Translations under genes and position numbers: made by a program | Notes under the pieces: generated by a model | Database searches by the model: none | Told to the model about the DNA's origin: nothing | The model's input: the letters and a program-made list of their open reading frames with translations, nothing else | Source of the DNA: Bugula neritina | Lineage: Eukaryota > Animalia > Bryozoa | Assembly (NCBI GenBank): GCA_964035545.1 | Contig: OZ037772.1 | Coordinates: 12,522,818 to 12,586,817 of the forward strand | DNA length: 64,000 nt | Direction of reading: 5' to 3' | In this document: positions 25,521 through 38,736 of the stretch, piece after piece | Layout: each line of letters opens with the position of its first letter | How positions within the stretch are numbered: the first letter of the stretch is position 1

Positions 25521-26754
25521 ACCAGAGAAGCACTACAGGTTTGTCAAACTGAAACTCGCTGGTATATATTTACAAGAAATGGGATCTTCTGCACCAATCA
25601 AGTTGCATCTCCAAATGCCGTCTGCCACTAAATGCTGTTTTAAAAGTATTCAACTTTAATGCTTCCAAAATCTCCAAAACATATAATAGCTTCTGCATAT
25701 ATATTGAGTACCTTGCAATATAATACCTACATACATGGCATTATATATATGCCATCAAATACCACTGATTAATAGCTCTCTATATATTTCTATTTTCAGT
25801 TTTGAAAATAATGACCACAGCTGAGTATAGTGACAATTCTTTGAGTTTAATACAGAAGCCATGATTCTATCCCATTAATATAAAACTGATGTTGCTGTAC
25901 TCGTGGAGAGGAAATTCAATTACAAGATAAATATATCGCATAGTAGTTGACGTAGATAAAGTGAGCACTAGAAATAAACCAGGAAAGCACATATTTCAAA
26001 GGCTTATCCCGTAATGGACTGCGTATATCATATTATAATGTTATACCCATTTATATTGAACACAATTCATTGATTTCATATATATTGGCCATTAATTTAC
26101 TTGACTATTTCAATAATTGAAATATTAATTAATTTTATTGATATATAGGCATTTATATTAGTGGCCATTATTAACCATGCTTCTGGATTACATTCATCCT
26201 GAATGATAGCAGCAAAGTTATCCTTTCATATATGAGATATTACTTTATTCCACATATGTGAGAGATATAATAATATAATTCTGTATGAAATATAATATAA
26301 TTCTATATGACAGATATATATATGATTCTCTATATATAAGATATATTATAATTCTATAAGAAATATAACTCTGTATATATAGAAGATGATAAATGAATTA
26401 CAGTTCCTTTCCATATGCTAATTACAACTAACTTGCAGTTTAAAGAAGGGAACCTCTCTCTCTCATTAATGCAAATACCTTCCAGAAATCTGGTGAAAAC
26501 ATACAATATTCTGTAAATTACATTATTTACTTTTTCATCATTCATCAATGGCTGCTGAAATCACCATATGCCTTCATATCCATCATTCTACATCTGTCAC
26601 CATATGTGAGAAAAACCACTTTAAATTCTAATTTATAATAAAATAATTGTTTTTTGCACAAACCCGAAATACCATAAAGTTAATTACTTGTCAGAGAGTC
26701 TAAAACTGTGTTTTAATTAAATTTGATAGAAAATGAAGTTGCATGTTAATTAGT

Positions 26755-26930
26755 GTTGGTGGAAGAATTTTCTGTGGTATTTAGTTAGGTCGGGAGGGGT
26801 GGGGGGTGGGGGGGCTGGTAGAAGTTGACTGTGGTATTTGATTAGGTTGGGGTTGGTAAAAGTTTACTGTGGTATTTGATTAGGTTGAGGCTGGTGGAGA
26901 TTTGCTGTGGTATTTATTAAGGCTGGGTGT
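26755..26930. repeat. Degenerate ~38-bp tandem repeat (core ctgtggtatttgattaggttg), ~4 copies
   Basis: Directly visible. Confidence 0.8.
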
Positions 26931-29900
26931 CTGAAAACATCTGAAGACAGGTGAAAACAGGTGATTGATAAAGAGTCAATATACAGTTCAACTCAGTCAA
27001 GGTATGCTAACTTTCCTGCCAAAGTCACATTGATATTCTTACATTGGGGTAGACCTCAGGAAATCAATTACTATATATGGCCTGGATATATGGAACTCTA
27101 CAAGATCTGTTGGAAGGAATAATAGACACTTATTGCTCTTTCCATACCAAATTATAATCTCTAAATGTATTATGTTTATATGCCTGAAAAGAAAATGCTA
27201 GGTCTTATGTACATCTATATGCAATATACATATACTCGTATGCTGCAATATCTATATATTATTTGGTAAAATTTATGATGCTTTATATATATTACCATAG
27301 TTTTCACAAACAACCAACTCTATTTGAGATAGACTAAAATTTAAAATAACGAAATGTTCCTAAAGGTTTAATTATTTAAAGAAATATTGAAATATTGAAA
27401 CAATTCAATTAAATTCTATGGAAGTTTCTGCTAAAACAAAACAATTAGAACTTTTTTTAAAGAACATATTATTTTAATGTCACAGAATTGCATCATGGGA
27501 TATCTGGTCAGACTGCATAGTTTAGTTGAGTCAAAGGTGAGGAGAGAAAATAGCTACTGCCACTCATACTTATCTAATCTAATTATGAAATATGAAGACT
27601 TGTGGTCAATTTAATGACATTACGTGATTACCTAACGCCTGGCAGGTAGATTCTTGGCTATAAATGGAAGAAAAATGTGTCTGGCTTTAAAAAAATTACT
27701 AATTATTTCGGATAGACAAATAACTATTAATATATTCCTTTGCAAATGACCCAGTCATGCTGAATACTATAATATATTAATTGCACATGATTATATAGAA
27801 TGATATATATGAATTTTCAATTAAGTATCAAAACATTTATTTTTTGGAACTTGATAACTAAGTTACCAAATATTTTTCAATTACTCAAAGGGTGATAAAA
27901 CTTCTACCACACGTGACTTAACTGACTTGATGATTAAATTAATCTCACCCTAATTTAACAAATAAATTAATTTTTTGAAAGTACATCAACTTCAAAGCAT
28001 TTAAAATATAAAATAATGCGGACATGTCTACTGAATTCATAATGAGTGCAAAATTATGCAAAAGGACTTTTACTGAAGCAAATACAATTTATATATAACT
28101 GACTATTTAGACTTTGATTCTAGCAAAAGTAGTATATAGTGGCTGCCAGAAATAAACTAGCAAACTGCAGAACCATGCAACTTCATGCTTCATGAACTGA
28201 ATCTTTTATAATTATTTTGGAATAATCTTGATTGTCATTTTGAATATAATGGTATTGAGTGAACTGAGATTAGAATCTAAGTCTATAGAGGTTAGATATG
28301 TGAACATGAGGTCATTGAAGGAGATGTTAGGAAAATCATTCGGTCCTCATTGCTCGTTTGCCACAACTGTGGAAAGTCCTTAGCCCGATAACAAATGCCC
28401 TTTCCATCTCAAGGGTTCTCACAGGGATGGTGACTATATAAACTCATGTGAGACTTTTAAACACAGATTGCAATCTGCAGAAGGAATCTCTATACTGAAA
28501 CTGTAATCTGTAGCATGATGTATTGCTACTGAAACTGTAATCTGTAGCATATAATATGTATTGCTACTGCAACTTGCTGCTGAATTATATACAGATATCA
28601 GATATAAACATATACATTGAATAACAGCTTACAGATACAAGTAAGATATGGTAATTACAATCTAGATCTCAAGTGGTAAACAATCTCAGAGGTTGTTCAT
28701 TGGTTCACCATACATGCAGCTGATCAAAATTATAAAAAAATGAAAATATCAGATTTAAATGAATTAAGCATGCTTCAACGTTAATAGTAAATGATACTAA
28801 TATGCCTAAATGTTGAGCTTGAGTTGAAAGCATATGCTAATTTCATGCTGTATGGACCAATGGTAAGTAAGTTAAGCTGACGTGTGTCCAAACAGTTGTT
28901 TTTTACCGTTTCATTAATATTCATAAAAACATTGTTGGATTTCTTTTTGAAATGATATATTACAGTTTTATACATTTCAGATAATCTGCTCAGATGAATT
29001 CAATGGCATGAAATCAAAAATTAATCAAATGAGATTGACTTAAGATTAAGCTGTAATAATGCCAGCATAATGTGAGAAAATGTTATTTCTCCTGCCAATT
29101 TTACTAGGAAATTGTTAGAATTCTAACTGCTACTAAGATATATAATAGTGCCCGTAGACTGTAAGCTGAACCATACCACGTAAGATTCTCACTGTGAAAG
29201 TCATGAAGACATAGTAAGTAGATTCAATGATCTCAAAGTTTATATCAGTATAAAATATACTGGATGATCAAGAAGACATCATATGTTTGCTGTGTAAGAA
29301 GTTGTCTGATCCTGTACCCTGAATTCTTCACAGATTACAAAACTGGCCGTTGCGTCAATAAAATGTTATTCAAATCATGATTCAAACTGAGTTCACCAAC
29401 TTTGAGGAAGGACGTTTCTGCAATGAGGAGCTCTCTGAATTTATTACCTTCACCTGAGGTGATAATCAACACACTCACCTGCAGCAGGTTGTCAGCTGAT
29501 GATAAATGGAATGAGTGGATGTGGCAGACAGAAATGTTAAAGCTCTATAATTTATGTATGTGCATTAAAATATTCTTCTATTAAGAATTACATAGTTATT
29601 TCAGAAAATACACTAAACTATGGAGTTGACCATAATTAATTGGTATTTTATTCATTAATTTTATTGGACCTTTGATTTATCTAAAAAGTTGTCCTTCCTT
29701 GAAAGTATTTCTAAGCTTTATTGCAACTTTGTGTAAAAAGAAAAAAATTAAAATGTAGTTAATCTTCTATGCTTTATTAATAATTTATTAATAATTTAGT
29801 AATAGGATTTGTTTACAAACATATTTTTTAATGTTATATAGTGTAATTCTGCTTTTAAAAATATTACGTTATAATAATTATAAACATTATACATTATAAT

Positions 29901-30389
29901 AAGTTATATAATATTTTGTTTATAATACATTTTGCTACTAAACTATCTCAGAGTAGCAATTCAATTGATTAAATCATGAGCTCTAAAATGATGTTATTAT
30001 TGTAAATGCAAAATATTTGGTATCTTCAGAGTTCTAAATAGGCTTCATAATGCAATAAAAAATGCCTTGTTGGCTAATTAAAAATATTGACAATTGCTTT
30101 TAGCCACTTTCCTTGTAAAGCCAAACGAATTGAGTTGAAAAGACTTGCAAATCAAGTAATGAATAGAAAATGAACATGCATTCAATAGTGTCAACAGTTT
30201 TACCCCTCAGGGTTAATATAAACAAAAATCAATTTCATTGACAAAGACCATAAGAGCAGCTGTGAGTAGAAAAGTTTAAAACCATTCCTTGATACGTTGT
30301 TGCAAGTAAACAGATGCGATGTAATTAGGTGTTTAGTGAATGCGTAATGAATAGCTTGAAACTGTTAAATCCCCTTGAATGTTATTATA

Positions 30390-30636
30390 CAGCCAACCAA
30401 TGAATTAAACGACTGCGCGTCACGTGACTAGCGTACACTTCTGCGAATGGAGAATAGAGCGGCGGAGTTAGTACGCAATCTGAATGCAAGAGGACGAGGT
30501 AGTGAACGCAGACTGTACTTAATTACCCAAAGATATATATAGCAAATTTAAGTGTATAACTACTAGTATACGCGAACTCATCAGGTTGTACCGTCTCTAG
30601 GATATTTTACATTTTGGATCTGTTCATAACGTAAGT
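30390..30636 (+). promoter_or_regulatory. Probable DDR promoter and non-coding first exon
   Basis: CCAAT box (~30397), palindromic E-box GTCACGTGAC (30419-30428), CpG-enriched stretch, canonical donor GTAAGT at 30631. Linkage to DDR is inferred from position. Confidence 0.55.
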
Positions 30637-32459
30637 ACTAAATATCAATATTTATGTTATAATATAAATAATTATAATAATCATAAATGGTAATGTATTA
30701 CTTTTACACTTATACTTAGTAACTCATAACTTATAGCTTCTGATATTTGTATTAATATCAAATAATCAAATATACCAAATTCAAACCGTAGTCACCAGAT
30801 AAAGTACTGTAGACTGTAGACATATTGTGTTAGTAGAATTATTAATATTATAATACTGATAATATTACTGCAAGTAAGTAATAATAGTTTAAGTTATATA
30901 GAATAACATAATGTAAGCCTTATTATTATCATTGCCACTGTAATCATTATGGTTGTATATATTCATATTGTGATGGTATATAATAATTATATTACATGTT
31001 ATAATTATATAGGGTGTAATTTGTATATAATAATAGCTTACAGAGGAAATATGTCTATTTCTACTTTAAGTTTGAGTGCAACTCATACTGATACTGTTCC
31101 TCATAGTCATAGTGTGGACATGGACGTAGTGCTGCAGGTTGAGATATATAAACTAAAACATAATGTTATAATATAGTTGTATATAATATATATTAATACT
31201 AAATATAAAAGAAAAGGAAAATAGGTTGCAGGTGAGAACTTGCCAATAGACAGTTGTTAATTTGGAATTAACTTTTACCTTTCACTATTCTATTGCCTTA
31301 GAAACTGTAGCTAGCAACCTACAGGAGATTTAGCCTTAGGGTATCGAAACACTTGTTATAAATATTATATAATACGATATAACTATATAATATTTTACTG
31401 CATACATTTACTCTTAGTGGAATCAGTGGCCACAGTCTACTCTCAGCGTATATTATTACCTATTAGATAGCTGATAATTCTATTAGTATATCTTTTAAAG
31501 TGCAATAATTAATTACCTGAAGATATTTTCACTCAAAGCATTCACTTACGTAAGAGAAAATTAATAAATTAGCAATATTTTAATTAGTTGGTATGCCATA
31601 GTCTACTGCAAACAGATAGTAATGTTGTCAGTGGGACATTGTCTGTAGATAGAATACAATAACCTGTTGATGTGACTGGGTTACAGGGAACTGCAGTGGC
31701 ATGTTTTAATTATTACAGATAGTATATAGAGTTGTAGCATCATTTATTGTGAGTAAATTACAGGAAACTGAAGTATTAACTGTTCACTAACCTCTACAGA
31801 GACTCTTATTGCTATTTTACTCGAAACAATTGATATATTATGCAGTATAACGACCATTATCATTACGTATATATTATATATTCATAGGTTGATGAGTCAC
31901 ACTTCGTATATTTTATTGAAAACATTTGTGATAGCCTCTGATATATATTTACTATAAGAAGCGTTATGGAATATAAAAGTAAATAAAGTATTATTTATGT
32001 GACCTGAGCTATAAATAGTAAATTCAGGAAAGCACTTCAACAGAGCTACTCCTGGAGTAGTTTTCAGTACAATCACTCAGTAGTAACCCTAGTATGAGTG
32101 TGTAAAGTAAATGCTATCTTAAAGTGGCAGTAACTTATTATTACAATAGGTTAGGAATGTTTTGTGCCGTTAGCCCAGCCCCATTTTATGGCCACTTGTT
32201 TGCCTTTGATTCTATAATATAGCCTTTGCTCTCTTCTCTATACCTTGTCTTGCTGAATTCCGAGTACTTAGTCTAATTCTCATCAGGTTTTTCTTGAGTA
32301 ATCTCCCCTGTAGTGGTTACCAGGTAGGTTCTCATGTGATCAGTTTCCTTTGAGAATGTGACAGATAGAAGAAGTGATTTGGTTTGGAGTTGATTTTATA
32401 GAAAAGTTTGCTGCTTCTGTTACCAGTCAGGTTGTCAGCTTTAATTAGTCAGCACCATT

Positions 32460-32570
32460 TTTTCTCTACTCTGTCACACTACACTGTACTCTCTCTACTC
32501 TGTCACACTACACTGTACTATCTCTACTATGTCACACCACACTATACTCTTTCTACTCTGTCACAACACA
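32460..32570. repeat. ~27-bp tandem repeat (ctctactctgtcacactacactgtact) x4
   Basis: Directly visible. Confidence 0.85.
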
Positions 32571-32929
32571 CCTTCATCAAGTCTTTAGAAATAAATCTCA
32601 GTCAGAAGTTACAGAAAGCCCTAGCCTACCAAAACATTCATGCTGTAATAGTAATGTGGATGTTGAGTTGTGTTCTAAAGATCCTCTCCCTTTGCTAACA
32701 TAATCTAAATTATAATCTCTGTGGTTATTTAATTCCTTCAAGTGTAGCCTGTAATTATAGTTATCTGTTTGCATAGCTAGGCTGGTCTGATATGCCCACC
32801 TTGTCAAATCATTAATCTCCCTCGGCTAGCAATTTCCGAAACTGTTGCTCATAGTTGCGAAAGGCAGGCATCTGGGAACTGGAGGTGTTTGCATACATAT
32901 GCTAGGATAAGGGAGGCTTGCTGGGGCCT

Positions 32930-33085
32930 TATCTACTCATAATGCACTGAATAAATTGGCTACTGTTTGCTCTGATGATTAATAATGTCTCCGTATCATC
33001 TGCAAATAGTCAGCTAGGGTCTGCAACTGTTTGCTTTAATTTCCTCCACAACTTGCAGTCAAACTTATAAAGTAGAGGCTTATCA
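32930..33085 (-). mobile_element. Possible decayed non-LTR retrotransposon reverse-transcriptase fragment
   Basis: Minus-strand frame reads PLLY...ADPS*LFADDT, resembling the PLLF...LFADD spacing in LINE RTs; in-frame stop and little other support. Confidence 0.35.
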
Positions 33086-33109
33086 GGGGTTTGACACAAT
33101 TTCCCTCTG

Positions 33110-33330
33110 CTTCTTCTCTACACTCCTCCTCTACCCCTTTCCTCTTTACCCTCTCTACCCTTCTTACTCTATCCCCTTATTCCACTCTCCTCCTCTACCC
33201 CCCTATTCTACCTTCTTTCTCTACCCATTCATCTACCCCCTTCCTCTACCCCTCTCATCTACCCCTCTCCTCTACCCTTCTCCTCTACCCCCCCTTCCTC
33301 TACACCTCTTCTCTACCCCCTTACTCTAGG
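33110..33330. repeat. Pyrimidine-rich low-complexity array (cctctacccc-like)
   Basis: Directly visible; explains ORF 33091..33429. Confidence 0.85.
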
Positions 33331-34103
33331 ACCCCTGAATGTAGGTTGCTGCTCCACCACTTGGTCCACAGGAATACCTCACTACTACAACAAAGGATGC
33401 TCCATCCTGAGAGACATAGTAATGAGTGAATGATTGGCCTACAATGCAGTCTCTATGGTAATCTCCTCAACACTGATATTAATATCTCATTTCTACTCGC
33501 TTAGGCCCACTGCAAAGGAATTTTAATATAACTTAGAAATGTCAACTGCTGTCGCTAGATTGTTGTTTGGCCGATTGACGCCTGACTTCTTATTGTTTGA
33601 GCTTTCTGCGTCTCAAGATGCCTATTGAGAGAAGTTGTGAGAGCTAGGAAACTAACTGCAGTTGTTTGCTTTACCCCAATACACAATTACAACGACTTAC
33701 TAACTACCCTCAGCTTTAGTTCCTTCAAGTGATTTGCTCTACTTGAATGAGGCAGTTTTCCTCACCTAATATCGGATATGTAAACAGTAATTAAATGTCT
33801 TGCCCCAAGCCCAGCACAATGCATCTGGTTAGGTTCATGACAGTCAGGTTTACTTGTCATCTACTAATTCTTTCACTGCAGAACAGGCCAACGTAGGAAA
33901 AAGAAACACCTTATGTAGTGTCGCTCAACATGCATGCTGTGATGGTATTTGTATAGTATAGGTTTCTTGTTGCTAATTTCATGATGTTTACAGCCCCAGA
34001 ATGTTTAGTGTTACTGTAAGCAGTGCTGGCTTCTAGTTTCACACGTAAAGCTCTGATACTGCCCTATCCTCCTTGACACCAGCTGGTTTGGTCTCCCACA
34101 GCC

Positions 34104-34180
34104 GCTGGTATTGCTAACTTACACTGGTATTGCTGAGTTACACTGGTATTGCTGAGTTACACTGGTATTGCTGACTTACG
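34104..34180. repeat. 19-bp tandem repeat (ctggtattgctgagttaca) x4
   Basis: Directly visible. Confidence 0.9.
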
Positions 34181-34608
34181 CACAAATAGACCAACGCTTA
34201 GCATTGTTGATGTTTTATCTCTCAAGTGCTGTAAATACCAGCTTCCTTTGATTTCCTTCTACAAGTTAGTAACTTGGCATTTACACAGGGATGCCAAGCC
34301 ATTAGTACCTGCACTGTGTTGTGGAAATGTCCAATTGGCAGCCATATTTGCTATTGGAGCATTTTTTATTGTTGTCTCACTTTCACACCTCTACCCAATC
34401 TTTTTCTCCATTGTTTATTCTATACAATGCTGGCTTTAGTTCAGCTAAACACTGCAACATTGTTCTTAGACACATGCTTTGTTAGGGTAGTAGAGTGTGC
34501 AGGCATTTTGCTTCTGATTTCTACAGACTAGATTTACTATGTCATGTGATGACGAGTCCTAAACCCGACCCAGCAGCGCTAGACTACGTATCAGCTTCCC
34601 ACTCCCTA

Positions 34609-34695
34609 TAGTCTAGCTGGGTTCTTATATCCCGCCCCCTAGTCTAGCTGGGTTCTTATATCCCGCCCCCTAGTCTAGCTGAGTTTTTATGTCCA
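34609..34695. repeat. 31-bp tandem repeat (tagtctagctgggttcttatatcccgccccc) x~2.7
   Basis: Directly visible. Confidence 0.9.
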
Positions 34696-35562
34696 GCATA
34701 GTGTTACTTTTTGTTTTTACATTCCAGACTACTCGCAGTACTTAAATATTTGGTGCCGTGTTTGGTGAATGTAAGATTTTAATAAACAATGTTTTGTTAT
34801 ATTGGTGCAGTTGGTGCAGTGTTAAGTTAACACAAAACAAAATTGATCACTTGCAAAATTGAAAGATTGTAAATGGCCAATTTTAGTACACAGTCTATTT
34901 CTACACTGTTTCTACACTGTTTTTGTGATACTAGACTGACTCTAGAGTCTATAGAACATTTCTCTAATATCAGACTGATTTATACTCGGTGTGAAACTTA
35001 CTTATCTATATTGATTATATGATTAATCATCTAGATGGATATAAACTGCTTGTAGAGTGTAAATCTGATGCTGTAAAAGCCTCTCCAGTCTCTCTCATCC
35101 TCCGTCTTCTATAATTCTTGCTAATGAATTCAACTTTATATTGACTATTCAGGCCCACTTGTGTGCTACTCTAGTATTGAGATATGCTTGTATACTTATT
35201 ATACAAATCAATTTCATTAGAACTTATAGCAAAGTCTCAGACAGAGATTATGTTGTTTAGTCCAATAGCAACAGGGATACCAATTATTTTAATAAAATGC
35301 GTTTTACTTGGTTTTACTTCAACTTATATACACTATAAACTTGCTTATCCGATATGCTACTTAGCTGTAGAATGCTCTAATGTTCCTAATACTATTTATA
35401 TATAGAATTTATATAAATATATAATGTAGTACATAACAATAGATGATTCTGTAATAAGTTAGTTATGTTTATATATTCATATAGACTTTATATAAACATA
35501 GAGCAATAATGACCAAGGATGATATTATTATAAATTAGTGAGGTTTACATAGTTGTTTAGAC

Positions 35563-35566
<4 letters not shown>

Positions 35567-35620
<54 letters not shown>

Positions 35621-35621
35621 C

Positions 35622-35680
<59 letters not shown>
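35567..35680. repeat. (TA)n microsatellite, interrupted
   Basis: Directly visible. Confidence 0.97.
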
Positions 35681-35682
<2 letters not shown>

Positions 35683-37074
35683 TAGTGATAATAAATGGCT
35701 ATGTAAGTATAGGCATATATTAATATAAACTTTATATAAATGTATAGTAATGATGACAGAGAATAAGGGAATAAATTAGTAAGGCTAATACATGCACACA
35801 GGTATATAAACTACTATTTTTTGTAATCAACAAATATAAATCGAAGATGGCTAAAGTCACTCTTGACCTTTGCATTTGACCTTCACATCACAGTAGGTGT
35901 GTCAACATGCAGCATGTCACTTCCTTTAACCCAATTCCCCGATACTCAAGCTAGCTCATTACAATTAACATGCCAACCAATCTACCTACTAATCCTCACC
36001 TGAGTAGTAATTTGCTGTGAAATGCACTAATTAATACTAATTTTCTATCATCATTAATTCTGCTTCTTCACCCTTCCTGATTACTTGTCAGACTCACGGA
36101 CTGTACTTTCAGAGAGTTGATTAGCAGCTTACCAACTTGTGTGAATTCTGCCACACTCTGGGCTGTTCTAGTTTCTTCAGGGCCTTTGATATATTTATTG
36201 CTATAAAATTGCACAAAAACATATTTTTGCTCAGTTTTAATGCTATGGGTCTTCCAGTAATTTGCCTGTTATAATTTGCTGAATTGATTATTTCGCCAGT
36301 TTTTATTATTTTAAATGCAGCTGCTGCCAATAGTTTTAGTTTCAGGCAGCATTACATCATGGCAGCCATTGTGAGGTGCTGCTTTAATCTTGTTACCTTT
36401 TAGCTTTGAATTAGTCTGAACAGTTCAATATTGAGCAGTTGAGACGCCAGACTGAATGGGCCTCATAATGCTGCCACAGATCTGCTGTCAACTAGAAGCT
36501 TATAATTTACTGTTTAATAGCAATAAGTACATGATACTTATTTCATTAGCCGCTATTATCCACCACTTTATTGACTGGAATGAATATAATTCTCAGAGAT
36601 AGAGAGTAAATTCCTTTCTTCTTCCTACAAACTGTTGTCAACTATGACGAAAATCAATTTCTATAATCATGCCTTTTGCCGTGCAATTTCCTGGCAGCAT
36701 TTCTGAAAGCTTGTCAAGCTGATGAGCAGCATGCCGATAGGTTATACATAGTTTTGGCAGCAGAGAGAACTGCTACTTCTATTTCTACTTATCATTCAAT
36801 TCAACTTAAGATCCTCTACTCCTATTTAAATACTTCATTATGAGATGGAAAATAATTAGCTAGAGTAGAGTACTTGATAATAAAATAAGCGAGTGGCTGA
36901 CAGTTTAGTTCCACAAATTATTTGACTACTAAATATACAGAGTGAGTAGGTGAATATCCTGTGGCTGACCAAGTACTACTTGGTGGCACTACAAAATTAC
37001 CAATGTGTGTTTTAGCATTTTAAATCAGCAAACCTCTTGTAAATAATGTGTTGGTAAGAGACCATTTAGTTCCA

Positions 37075-37280
37075 GTGAGTTGGTGGGTGGGTGCTAAGTG
37101 ACTGAATGAGTTAGTATGTAAATAGTTGTTAACTGAGTGGGTGAGTGACTGAGTGAGTTAGTAGTGAGTGAGTGACTGAGTGAGTTAGTGGTAGGTGGGT
37201 GACTGAGGGAGAGGATGGAATGTTTACCTTAGGACTTGCTGTCTGGATAAGAGCAGTGAGTGAGCAGCGAGTGAGTGGTA
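37075..37280. repeat. Degenerate (GAGT)n simple repeat
   Basis: Directly visible. Confidence 0.8.
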
Positions 37281-38736
37281 AAGTGATGAACTAGCAACAC
37301 ATCTGCTGTCTCTACTCCACATACACCTGTGCTAGTAGATAATCTCCACCTTCACAAAGTATATCTGACTGAAGAGCTCTCAACAGCATCTGCTACAGTT
37401 TCTGGATCTTCTGATCACCTCTAGCTTATTGTTTGCCATCCACTCCTGTTCCTCTCAAGGGCTAGCAGTGTTATTATTGTCTTCAGGTTATAATTTTCTT
37501 CCGATTCTATAGAAAAGTGTTTTGTAAGAATCTTGAGCAACTGTTGTACAGGGTGTTTTTTATCATTTGTCCATGAGGTCAATGCCAAATAGCAACAATA
37601 GCTATTTTGAGGTTTTACAAAAAATTGTTAAATTTTATGCGATTTGGTATGTTGAAATAGGCCTTATATAAATGCATGGTTGATTTTATAAGATTGCTTG
37701 TATTAATTTAACAGAGCTAGCCAGAAAACTAAATAACAATCCTACTCAGTGTTTTGTCTCCATGGTATTCATACTGTTTCTGGCTCAGCTAGGTGTCTGA
37801 CAACCTAGTAAGTAGGTGCAAGCCTGACTCAACTCAAACCAGAATTGTTTATCTCTTTGATATGTAAAAATTATTTATCCACACCTAAATGAAAACCAAC
37901 TACTGCAAATATCTACATAAACCTATTAATAACTATTTAATATTTTGCATATTTATTATTTTCATTTTTTGCTTGTAAGCCTTTAAAGAGATTTTTCTGA
38001 AATAATTAAATCCACACACCTGCAGTTCTCAGCTAAAATGGCTGACTTAAAATTCATTTTGTGGCAATTTTATGGTTGATCAGTTTTATAAAAAGTTAAT
38101 AATTTTCAATTGGCTGGTGGCTGGTTTTAAAATAGGTCACGCAATAAATACATAAACTTACTCTGGCTGTTGTGACATTCTTATGCATTTCAAATACCTG
38201 TTTTGAATCACTGTTGGGCAATGCATGTGGTGATTAAGCATAGGTTTACTACTAGCTCACTGAGCAATACTAAAGGATACAGCAAATTGAATTAAAATCA
38301 CTTGATGAAAAGAAAACAGTCTGCAATGCTAATGAAAAAATGTTAAGCTGGAATTTATCATAAATGAAAGGTTTCACTTTTGTTGCTTCAACTTGAGCCC
38401 ATCTGTCAATTTACTTAGCATTTAATTGGTGTCACCTATTAGTTTGTGTAAAACTATTTTTATATTTAATTCTGTGTTTAAAAAAACAAGGAATATTGAT
38501 TACTGAATACCGTTTATTAGATATTTAGTGATTTCAGGTTTTTATTACTAGAACTAAAGCAGATCTTACTCTCTGGTTTCATTGGTTTTCCAAAAGAAAG
38601 TTTTTTATATTATTAATTATCAGTTTTTTTTCATTTTTTAGAGTTGATGTTGACTGAGTGCATAGAGAAAGCCTGGTCAAGACTTTGGACTCAGTCAGAG
38701 TGATTCACAGTGAGTCCCAGTCAGTCAGTCAAAGTG

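Noticed and set aside
28297-28392. Short frame ICEHEVIEGDVRKIIRSSLLVCHNCGKSLAR* with CxxC
   Set aside because: No complete zinc-binding motif and no convincing partner exon.
32250-32290. CTGATGAG motifs here and elsewhere as hammerhead ribozyme cores
   Set aside because: No properly placed GAAA with pairing stems found.
33788-33830. aaatgtcttgccccaagcccagcacaa, similar to a common SINE/LINE 3' motif
   Set aside because: Too short and degenerate to call without a repeat-library search.
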